Shown: positions 1-8,011 of the stretch, in pieces
Position numbering within the stretch: position 1 is the stretch's first letter
How the letters are laid out: each line of letters opens with the position of its first letter
Assembly: GCF_006345805.1 (NCBI RefSeq)
Contig: NW_021828375.1
Coordinates: 1-8,599 of the forward strand
Direction of reading: 5' to 3'
DNA length: 8,599 nucleotides
Origin: Octopus sinensis
Taxonomy: Eukaryota
Made by a program: the position numbers and the translations under genes
Notes under the pieces: generated by a model
Databases searched by the model: none
What the model was told of the DNA's origin: nothing
Seen by the model: the letters and a program-made list of their open reading frames with translations, nothing else

Positions 1-79
1 AATTAATATATATACATATATTATATCTATATATATATATATATATTATATAATATATATATATATATGTACATACATA
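1..79. repeat. (TA)n-type imperfect microsatellite
   Basis: Runs of TATATA with ACAT interruptions, read directly. Confidence 0.9.
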
Positions 80-82
80 AAT

Positions 83-158
83 AAAATATACTACTCTATC
101 TCCGATATTCGAGTACTATTTTCTTCCAACTTGTTTGGCATTTATGTGCTTACTCTGG
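83..158. mobile_element. Short interspersed-repeat fragment between TA tracts (family uncertain)
   Basis: A 76-bp complex island (aaatatactactctatctccgatattcgagtactattttctt...tactctgg) with TA tracts on both sides. It resembles a repeat end I recall from octopus genomes; not verified. Confidence 0.3.
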
Positions 159-300
159 TATACATATATACATATATATATGTGTGTGTGTTGTGCATGT
201 ATGTGTGTGTATGTATGTATGTATGTGTGTATGTGTGTGTTTGAATGTATTTGTATGTAGATACAGAGAGAGAGAGAGAAGATCGGAGAGATACATAGAT
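159..300. repeat. Compound (TA)/(TG)/(TATG)/(AG) microsatellite
   Basis: Successive TA, TG, TATG and AG runs, read directly. Confidence 0.9.
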
Positions 301-463
301 AGGCATATATTTATTAGTCCATAGAAAATTTTGAGGCCTACAGTTAATTAAAAACTTTAATACTTATACTTCAATAATTTATTATATATTAGTATAACCT
401 AAGTCTGTGTAAACAGTCAATTAGGGTACTCCGTGACTGATCAGATCCCGCAACATAGACAGC

Positions 464-556
464 TTATCAAGCTAAACTCTATCTTCCGTCCACAAAGTTT
501 ATCATAAACTCTATCTTCCGTCCATATTCACACAAGATTTATACATCTCTCTATCC
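464..556. repeat. Short tandem duplication, about 32-bp period
   Basis: TAAACTCTATCTTCCGTCCA occurs exactly at 473-492 and 505-524. A degenerate third unit (cacaagatttatacatctctctatcc) lies at 531-556. Confidence 0.8.
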
Positions 557-877
557 ATAGGGCGTCGGTCAAAGATCAATAATTCTATTTTCAGGTGTGT
601 TAACGCCTCGTTCCATCATTAGTCTTTTGCACAAAAGGTACTTAGAGACTTTTAAGCCAATGTTTATGTACAGACAAGCAAATAGGTATGAACTGCTTTC
701 CGTTATAAAAAAAAGAAAAATTACATATTCTTGAATGGCAAAAAACGAGAGCGGTCATACAAGTTTTAATCCGGTGCTTGGATTTCAGCAGTCACGATGG
801 ACCTTATTGAACTGTCCATGAAGATATTCTATACGCAGACAATGTGTCTTTAGAGCTATTTCTGTATTCAGTATACA

Positions 878-1283
878 AACATACGTACATACATACATAC
901 ATACATACATACATACATACATACATACATACATACATACATACATACATACATACGTACATTACATACGTACATACATACATACGTACATTACATAATA
1001 CGAACATACATACATACGCACATTACATACGTACATACATACATACGTACATTACATAATACAAACATACATACATACATACATACATACAAACATACAA
1101 AAATATATACATACATATATACAGGAACACATATATTATATGCGTATATATGTTTCCATAGCCATATCCGCATATATTGATATACATATACACGCGTACA
1201 TATATACGCTTATATACATACACATACATACATACATACATACATACATACATACATACATACATACATACATACATACATAC
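878..1283. repeat. (TACA)n tetranucleotide microsatellite with an internal 61-bp duplication
   Basis: Long ACAT runs at 887-955 and 1223-1283. Segments 951-1011 and 1012-1072 differ at only 2 positions. Confidence 0.92.
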
Positions 1284-1368
1284 AAAGGAGAGACAAAGGA
1301 AAAGTTATCAAAATATATTCAGTTTTAAAATCACATACTCCAGATTTTGCGCTAAAGATGTATACTAT

Positions 1369-1479
1369 CGAGACATTACTTCTTGATGCACCAAACATTT
1401 CGGCTGTTTTCGTTACGCTAGCGCCTGCCATACGAACACCAACAATTTGACCTCTTTGAAAGTCCGATAGATCTGTCAT
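1369..1479 (-). pseudogene. Truncated Tc1 transposase N-terminus (paired-like HTH DNA-binding region)
   Basis: MTDLSDFQRGQIVGVRMAGASVTKTAEMFGASRSNVS fits the Tc1 N-terminal pattern LSDF.RGQIVG.R.AG.S....A...G.SR..VS. Similarity stops after 37 codons and the ORF later runs into the TACA repeat. No DDE domain is present. Confidence 0.85.
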
Positions 1480-1650
1480 TTTAATGAATTTTAATTACCT
1501 TTTTTCTCATGATATTTTAGCAGAACATTTTAAGCAACACTAATAATAACTCAAAGAACATAAAAAGAAACAAGCTTTGACGGTTTTATAGATATTTCAA
1601 AATTATGATGCCATGATGCTAGATGTTTCCATTATTTTGTCCAACACCTG
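1369..1650 (-). mobile_element. Tc1-family DNA transposon, 5' fragment (left TIR, leader, start of transposase)
   Basis: The minus strand reads TA|CAGGTGTTGGACAAAATAATGGAAACA from 1650, with the TA target at 1651-1652: a Tc1-type terminus. A transposase ATG follows 171 bp inside. No partner TIR is present in the window. Confidence 0.85.
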
Positions 1651-1911
1651 TATGTATATATCTCGACACATAATACTTCTCAAACGACATATTGGATTCT
1701 TCCTTCATAGTAATCCTGGTATTGCTTATAAAAAAAGAGAATATATGGAAATCGGAACAGGCTTCAAAATATAGAGAAAGGAAAAATGTCTTTCTTTTTA
1801 TCTGTCTCCGTTCATAGTTAAAAACGACGCCATTTTGCAAATTGCTTTACAATGGTTATTTGAAAGGAAACAGCTAAATCAATAACAAAAACATGGACAA
1901 TATACGCTCGC

Positions 1912-1912
1912 G

Positions 1913-1964
<52 letters not shown>

Positions 1965-1987
1965 GTTTATGCATGTTTCATATATAT

Positions 1988-2027
<40 letters not shown>

Positions 2028-2043
2028 TATATACTTATATATC

Positions 2044-2079
<36 letters not shown>

Positions 2080-2259
2080 CACAGATACATAGATATGTAT
2101 GTATATATACTCACACACATATACACATATATTGTACATATATATACGTATATATATATATATATAACATATATATATGTATACACACACACACACGTAT
2201 ATACATATACATATATTTAAGAAATCAACACGTATCCGTACACGTACGTATACATATGG

Positions 2260-2303
<44 letters not shown>

Positions 2304-2450
2304 TTATATATATACATACAATAAATATATAATATATATATATCAATATAAACATATAGAGACACACTCAAACACACCCAAATATATACACACGCATACA
2401 TATATACATATGTATATATGTAGATATATCTATACATACATACACGTATG
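1912..2450. repeat. Compound (TG)n/(TA)n/(CA)n microsatellite
   Basis: (TG)n at 1925-1962 followed by a TA/CA mosaic. Confidence 0.95.
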
Positions 2451-2485
2451 TAACATAATCCTTTTTAGTAACGTAGAGTTCTTCA

Positions 2486-2684
2486 TTCTGTTGCTATTGT
2501 TCTGTTGCTATTGTTGATGGTGGTTGTGGTGGTGATGATGATGATGATTTCAATATTACTATTGTTCTTGTCGTTGGTGTTGGTGATGGTGACGGTGGAG
2601 GTGGTGGAGATAATTCATGCCTTTGTTGTTGATCTTGGTGTTGGTCATGCCTTATGTCTTATGTATTATTATTATTATCATTAA

Positions 2685-2733
<49 letters not shown>
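2486..2733. repeat. Trinucleotide low-complexity region (GTT/GGT/GAT) ending in a long (ATT)n
   Basis: Read directly. (ATT)n spans about 2666-2733, and a 14-bp tandem TTCTGTTGCTATTG sits at 2486-2513. Confidence 0.85.
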
Positions 2734-2735
<2 letters not shown>

Positions 2736-2904
2736 GGCAACGAGATGGCAGAATCGTTAGCACGCCGGGTGAAATGCTTCACCGTATTTCGCCCGTCGCT
2801 ACGTTCTGAGTTCAAATACCGCCAAGGTCGGCTCTGCCTTAAATCCTTTTGAGGTCGACAAACTAAGTACCAGTGAAACACTGGGGTCGATGTAATCGAC
2901 TGCC
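2736..2904 (+). mobile_element. tRNA-derived SINE, copy 1 (3' tail missing)
   Basis: A-box-like TGGCAGAATCG at 2746 and B-box-like GTTCAAATACC at 2810. The body aligns by eye with copies 2 and 3 up to GTCGATGTAATCGAC (2886-2900). Confidence 0.88.
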
Positions 2905-2928
2905 TTTAATATAAACTATTACTATTAA

Positions 2929-3124
2929 GAGGGTGACGTGGCAGAATCGTTAGCGGCATTTTGCTCGACTGCACGTTCTGAGTTCAAATTCCACCGAGGT
3001 CGACTTTGCCTTTCATCCTTTCAGAATCGATAAATTGAGTAGCAGTCGCGTACGTGGGTCGATGTAATCGACATACCCTCACCCCACAAATTTCAGGCCT
3101 TGTGCCGATTTTAGAAACAATTAT
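2929..3124 (+). mobile_element. tRNA-derived SINE, copy 2 (21 nt shorter in the head)
   Basis: A-box-like motif at 2939, B-box-like GTTCAAATTCC at 2982, body GTCGACTTTGCCTTTCATCCTTTC. The 3' part GGCCTTGTGCC...GAAA is shared with copy 3. Confidence 0.88.
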
Positions 3125-3300
3125 CGTTGTCTTTGTAGCTGGTGTGGTTAGTTTTGCGGGTGGATTTGGTGGTGGTGGTGATGGTAGTGGTGGTGTTGGT
3201 GGTATGGGAGTGGCATTGGTTTGGTGGAAGTGGTGGTGATGGTGTCGTCGAAGTGGTAGCGGTGTCGGTGGTGTGTTGGCGATGATTGTGGCGGCGTTGC
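3125..3300. repeat. Degenerate (GGT)/(GTT) low-complexity tract
   Basis: Read directly. It accounts for the Pro/His/Thr-rich ORFs 2984-3424 and 3148-3339. Confidence 0.8.
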
Positions 3301-3564
3301 TCTCGCGTCTATTGTTTTTGTTAACGCTGTTACCATCATTGAGTTTTAGCTCCAGGACAAACAGACCACTGCCCAAAAGCATTCCAGCCGTGACCACCTC
3401 GTTTTTCTGAATCATTATGTACATATTATCTGATAAGTCCTTTTTCTATTTAATATGTAATATACGAAGGAAATTCATGATATTGCTGCTGTTTCTAGCA
3501 TTCATGCTTACTCCTTGATTAACACACCGCTTTGTGTTATTGTTTCGATGGTGATGGTCATGAT

Positions 3565-3793
3565 GGCACGGCGAAATGGCAGAATCGTCACTGTGCCGCA
3601 CAAAATGTTTAGCGGCAGGCATTTCGTCTGTCCTTACGTTACCAGTTCGAATACTTGCGCAGGGCCGATTTTGCCTTTCGGTGTGGGTCGATAAAATAAG
3701 TACCAGTTGAGCCCTAAGGGTCGGTGTAATCGACTAAACACCCTTCCTAAAAAGCTTCCTGGCCTTGTGCCAATAGGGGAAAGGATTGTTATT
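3565..3793 (+). mobile_element. tRNA-derived SINE, copy 3 (near full length, diverged)
   Basis: A-box-like motif at 3577, B-box-like GTTCGAATAC at 3645, GGGTCGATAAAATAAGTACCAG core, GGCCTTGTGCC 3' block and an ATT-like tail (GATTGTTATT). Confidence 0.85.
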
Positions 3794-3834
3794 CTTGCAG
3801 CTGTCTTTTTTTTTTATTGTGGTTGCTGCTGTTG

Positions 3835-3887
3835 CATCATCATCATCATTATCATCATCATCACTATCCCCCTCCTCCTCCTCCTCC

Positions 3888-3918
<31 letters not shown>

Positions 3919-4003
3919 CATTATCATCATCATCATCATCACCGTCATCATCATCATCATCATTATCATCATCATCATCATTATCATCACCATCATCACC
4001 ACC

Positions 4004-4035
<32 letters not shown>

Positions 4036-4070
4036 CATTATCATCATAGTCATCATCATCATCGTCGTCG

Positions 4071-4113
<43 letters not shown>

Positions 4114-4320
4114 TATCATCATCATTATCATCGTCATCATCATCATCATCATTATCATCATCGTCATCATCATCATCATCGTCATCTTCATCACCATCAT
4201 TATCGTCATCATCACCATCATCACCATCATCATCAGCACCATTATCACTATCATCTTCATCATATCATCATCATCATCATCGTCATCATCGTCATCATCA
4301 TATTCATCATCATCCTCACC
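3835..4320. repeat. About 490-bp imperfect (CAT)n microsatellite
   Basis: CAT units with TAT/CAC/CGT/CCT variants. Source of the poly-H/I/S/M ORFs. Confidence 0.97.
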
Positions 4321-4344
4321 GCCATAACCGCCAGCATCGTCAAC

Positions 4345-4455
4345 GCCGTTGTTGTTTCGTCCACGGTGGTGGTAATTATCGATATTGTTGCTGTTATTGT
4401 TGTTGTTGTTGTTAAGGTGATAGTGGTGGTGGTGGTGCTGGTGCTGGTGGTGCTC
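4345..4455. repeat. (GTT)/(GGT) low-complexity tract
   Basis: Read directly. Confidence 0.75.
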
Positions 4456-4594
4456 TTGTCACAATGGATCTTTCCTCTTACTTCCCTCTCGTTTCCTTTG
4501 ATAATTGTTATTGTAATTCCCGCAATTTTTCCATTGTTCTTGCGCTGAATATATCCTTGTTTTTCCCTCTAGAGTTCATTGCTATTCAACTACA

Positions 4595-4732
4595 ATCATC
4601 ATCATCATCATCATTATTAATATTATTATTATTATCATTATCATAAGCATCATTATTATCATTATCATCATCATCATCATCATCATCATCATTTTTAATA
4701 TCATTATTATCATAAGTATCATTATTATCATT

Positions 4733-4822
<90 letters not shown>

Positions 4823-5038
4823 GTTATTATTATTATCATAAGCAGCATTACTATCATCATCATCATTATTACTAATATTATTATTATTGTTATTATTATT
4901 AATAATAATATTATCATTACTATTAATATTATTTTTATAATTACTATTATTACCATCATCATCATCATCGTCGTCATTATTATTATTATTATTATTATCA
5001 TCATCATCATCATCATCATCATCATTATTATTATTATT
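4595..5038. repeat. Compound (ATC)/(ATT) microsatellite with higher-order duplication
   Basis: Read directly. The interruption CATAAG recurs at 4642, 4711 and 4837. Confidence 0.95.
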
Positions 5039-5592
5039 GAGTGAGAGAGCAGTGCATGCCATCAAAGTGACACTGGGGTAAAATATACGAAGCGCAGTAT
5101 AGCCATCATGACTACCCATCTGATAAGGGTACACTAGGCACATGCATCACAACCATATGTGCGTGACATGGTGATCCCATATCAAGATTAACAGTGCATG
5201 ACCTTGCAGGTGGGGCCCAGTTAGAATTTTGTTCTGGTCGAGTAGCCCATCCCGCTCAAAAGGTCCCTGAATAAGGGTTGTTTAAGGATGTTGAACGATA
5301 CACCCCTGTTTCCAAAGGTGAATTATTCAAACCCCAAAGAATCCCTCTCAACACATGGCTATGATGCTCCCCCACTACTTCTGTTCGTGATCAGAGATGC
5401 ACATATCGTCAGCCACTAAGGGACATGCTCAACTGGTTAAGGTCAAACAGCTGACAAGCAAATCTGTGGTATTGAGCAGAATATTTGCTGTAGCCCATCT
5501 TTTATACCAAGACAAAACAATGTACATGATAACACTTCCAATCAGTTAAGATCAGAAGCCATGAGGGCCACTGCCTGGTACTGCATCAGGGC
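5039..5592. mobile_element. 554-bp non-coding interspersed element inserted in (ATT)n; candidate non-autonomous Dong/R4-associated retroposon
   Basis: Sharp-edged, higher-GC complex island: ATTATTATT|GAGTGAG...CAGGGC|TATTATTA. It has no internal ORF of 60 aa or more and no TIR. I recall it as a high-copy octopus repeat. The Dong/R4 link is inferred only from the TAA-repeat target. Confidence 0.65.
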
Positions 5593-5608
5593 TATTATTA
5601 CTATTATT

Positions 5609-5664
<56 letters not shown>

Positions 5665-5666
5665 CG

Positions 5667-5743
<77 letters not shown>

Positions 5744-5800
5744 GTCATTATTATTCTTATCGTTATCATTGTTGTTGTTGTTGTTGTCGCTGCTGCTGCC
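5593..5800. repeat. Compound (ATT)/(ATC)/(GTT)/(GCT) microsatellite
   Basis: Read directly. Confidence 0.95.
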
Positions 5801-5984
5801 TCTTATTGATTCCGAAGGTTGTTGTTGTTGCTGTAATCAATATGGCTGCCGTTGATGTTGTTCTTCTCGTCGTTGTTATTACAGCTGATGCCATTGTCTT
5901 CCTTCTTGCCGTTGTTGTCGTCGCTGACGGTCTTTGTTCCAGTCGATATTAGCTTAATTGGTCTTATGGATTCTCCCGTCTAAT

Positions 5985-6137
5985 TCTCTTCCTCCGCATC
6001 CTCCTCCTCCTTCTTCTTCTCTTCTTCTTCTTCTTCTTCTTCTTCTTCTTCTTCTTCTTCTTCTTCCTTTTCCCTGTCTTCTTCTCCTCCCCCTCCTCTT
6101 CCTCCTTCTACCACTATTAATACTAATGCTAATGTAG

Positions 6138-6185
<48 letters not shown>

Positions 6186-6227
6186 TTGCTGCTGCTGCTA
6201 CTACTAATATTACAGCTGCTGCTGCTG

Positions 6228-6260
<33 letters not shown>

Positions 6261-6395
6261 ATGCTACTGCTGCTGCTGCTACCGCAACTGCTAATTCCGC
6301 TACTACTAGTACTACTACTACCATAACCACTACCCTACCACCACCACCACCACCACCACACCACAACCACCACCACCAACTACTACTACTACTAC
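5985..6395. repeat. Compound (CCT)/(CTT), then (ACT)/(GCT)/(ACC) microsatellite
   Basis: Pyrimidine-rich CTT/CCT tract at about 5985-6108, followed by ACT, GCT and ACC runs. Confidence 0.93.
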
Positions 6396-6399
6396 AACT

Positions 6400-6790
6400 G
6401 CCTTTTCTTGTTTTTCTTATTTTACTTTGTTGTTGTTCTTCTTATCATCAGCATCATCATCATCATCGTTAACATCATTGCTCATGTTGCTGTTGTTGCT
6501 TTTCACGTCATTGTTTTTTCTTCTTCGTCTTCTTTACCTCGTCCTTCTCGTCTTTTAATAACGCATCTGTTGTTGTTGCTGCTGTTGTTGTTGTTGTTGT
6601 TGTTGTCTTTGTTGCTGTTGCTGTTGTTGTTGTTGTTGTCGCCCACTGCGATCATAATAAATAGTAAAATTACTCCAGTCGTCCTGTTTTGCTTTTGTTC
6701 GTTTTTGTTTTTTTTCTTTTACTTTTTTCTGTTTTTGCTTTGTTTTTTCCTTTTTTCCTCGATGTTTCTTTTTGCCGTTGCATTGTTTTA
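6400..6790. repeat. (GTT)/(GCT) and T-rich low-complexity region
   Basis: GTT run at about 6568-6639 and T-runs at 6685-6775. Confidence 0.75.
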
Positions 6791-6859
6791 ATTAACGAAA
6801 CGAAACGGGAAGACACTCATGCAATAACATCGCAGTTATATGATGGCCATGTTCGCGAG

Positions 6860-6899
6860 CATCGTTATCCTTGTCAACATCATCGTAGCCATAATCGTT

Positions 6900-6940
<41 letters not shown>

Positions 6941-7241
6941 CATCACCTTCATCATCACCTTCATCATCATCACCTTCATCATCATCATTTCATCATCATC
7001 ATCATCATCATCACCTTCATCATCATCATGTTCATATCATCATCATCATCATCACCTTCATCATCATCATCATGTTCATCATCATCATCATCATCATCAT
7101 CCTCATCATCATCATCATCACCACCAGCACCACAAGCTCCACCACCGCCACTATGATCATCATCATCCTCAGCAGCTGCAGCATCACCACCACCACCACC
7201 ACCACCACCAGCGCCATCATCATCGTCATCATCATTATCAT

Positions 7242-7273
<32 letters not shown>

Positions 7274-7428
7274 TCATCATCATGATAATCGTCATTATCA
7301 TCGTCGTCGCCATCATCAACATCTCCATAGCCCTCATCATCATCGTCATCGTCGTTGTCCTCGTCAACCCCATGAACAACAACAACAACAACAAAAGAAA
7401 AAGAAATAACATTTACAACAACAACAAC

Positions 7429-7459
<31 letters not shown>

Positions 7460-7460
7460 A
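6860..7460. repeat. Imperfect (CAT)/(CAC) microsatellite ending in (AAC)n
   Basis: Read directly. CACCTT and CATGTT variants recur. Confidence 0.95.
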
Positions 7461-7525
7461 ACCGTAAATAAAAATACAACTAATTTTTTTTCCTCAGATA
7501 ATTTCGCTTTATTTCTATCCTTATT

Positions 7526-7700
7526 TTCGTTCGTTTCCTTCGGTCGTCGTCCTAACGTTCATTCGCTCACTCATTCCCTCATTTAAACGCTCGTTCCTAC
7601 CTTAATATTTTCGTTCCTCTCCTCGTTCATTCTTTTATTTTACCATTCGTTCATTCGTTCATTCTTTCATCCATTGGTTCATTTCTTTATTCGTTCGTTC
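7526..7700. repeat. Degenerate (TTCG/TTCA)n tetranucleotide tract
   Basis: Repeated cgttcattcg / ttcattc units. Confidence 0.7.
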
Positions 7701-7705
7701 ACATC

Positions 7706-7843
7706 AAAAATACCTTAGGAATGAGAACCCAGGTTCGAAATTTCTCCAAGACACCTGAAGAAGGCTGGAGGGTATATCACCCGGAATGTTGTGTTAACAA
7801 CAAACAAGATGAGGACAAATATCCGTCAAATGTAAATAATGTA
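7706..7843 (+). mobile_element. Probable Penelope-like element (PLE) terminal-repeat fragment
   Basis: Contains a minimal hammerhead-like motif of the form typical of PLE terminal repeats (CTGAAGA-A-stem II-GAAA-like-GTT), followed by an A-rich end (aacaacaaacaagatg...aaataatgta). Boundaries come from composition and from my recollection of the repeat. Confidence 0.6.
7750..7795 (+). ncRNA. Degenerate minimal type-I hammerhead ribozyme
   Basis: Stem I GACAC (7750-54) pairs with GTGTT (7791-95). Core CTGAAGA (7755-61) plus an extra A. Stem II GGCTG (7763-67) with CACCC (7778-82), one C-C mismatch. GGAAT (7783-87) stands where GAAAC is expected. Cleavage triplet GTT (7788-90). Confidence 0.6.
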
Positions 7844-8011
7844 GATACATTCTCATTTGGAAGAGCTCGCATTTACTTCTTCTAGTTTCATTTGAAAAGG
7901 AAATTGAGAGTGGAGAGCGAAGTGCTGTCCTCGAGTGAGTTTATTAAAAGGTGGGTGAAAGCTGCGAAAATGGCAAGAGTGGATGGTGCCTCTCTAAGTA
8001 TAGACCTGTAA
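7844..8011 (+). pseudogene. Disrupted C-terminus of an L1/Tx1-type ORF2 protein
   Basis: Manual translation gives DTFSFGRARIYFF*FHLKRKLRVESEVLSSSEFIKRWVKAAKMARVDGASLSIDL* (TAG at 7883-85, TAA at 8009-11). A basic helix followed by R.E...F...W near the stop resembles Tx1/L1 ORF2 ends. The ORF track does not list this frame. Confidence 0.55.

Noticed and set aside
464-556. Direct repeats as a CRISPR-like array
   Set aside because: Only two exact 20-bp copies separated by 12 bp, in eukaryotic context with no cas genes.
804-2437. MYVC/IHTY/YIYI ORFs
   Set aside because: Translations of TACA, TA and TG repeats. Only the first 37 codons of 1210..1479 are real (transposase).
2984-3424. 146-aa Pro/His-rich ORF on the minus strand
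   Set aside because: It spans a GGT low-complexity tract and the antisense strand of SINE copy 2, so it is a chance read-through.
3345-3500. Possible short fragments of other interspersed repeats (ttagctccagg...attccagccgtgacca; gctgtttctagca)
   Set aside because: They seem familiar from memory only, are too short and decayed, and have no second copy in the window to support them.
2736-3793. SINE heads as functional tRNA genes
   Set aside because: No complete cloverleaf or acceptor stem, and each continues into a shared non-tRNA body.
5340-5420. CTGACGA on the minus strand (5406-5412) as a second hammerhead core
   Set aside because: It is followed by a bulged stem and GAAC rather than GAAA, and I could not build stems I and III with a valid UH cleavage site.
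5039-5592. Possible terminal inverted repeats (GCAGTG / CACTGC near the two ends), suggesting a MITE
   Set aside because: Only a 6-bp subterminal match at unequal offsets; the actual termini are not complementary.
6568-7460. (GTT)n and (AAC)n tracts as arms of a long fold-back, a potential dsRNA/ADAR substrate
   Set aside because: Complementarity is only between simple repeats, which is expected by chance at this microsatellite density, and there is no evidence of transcription.
3707-7479. Long ORFs encoding poly-His, Ile, Ser, Met, Asp/Asn, Glu or Val
   Set aside because: They are translations of trinucleotide microsatellites, open in several frames on both strands because the motifs lack stops, and show no domain signal.
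7711-7745. GGTTCGAAA B-box or tRNA-like motif
   Set aside because: No convincing A box or cloverleaf, and the segment is better explained as part of the hammerhead-bearing fragment.
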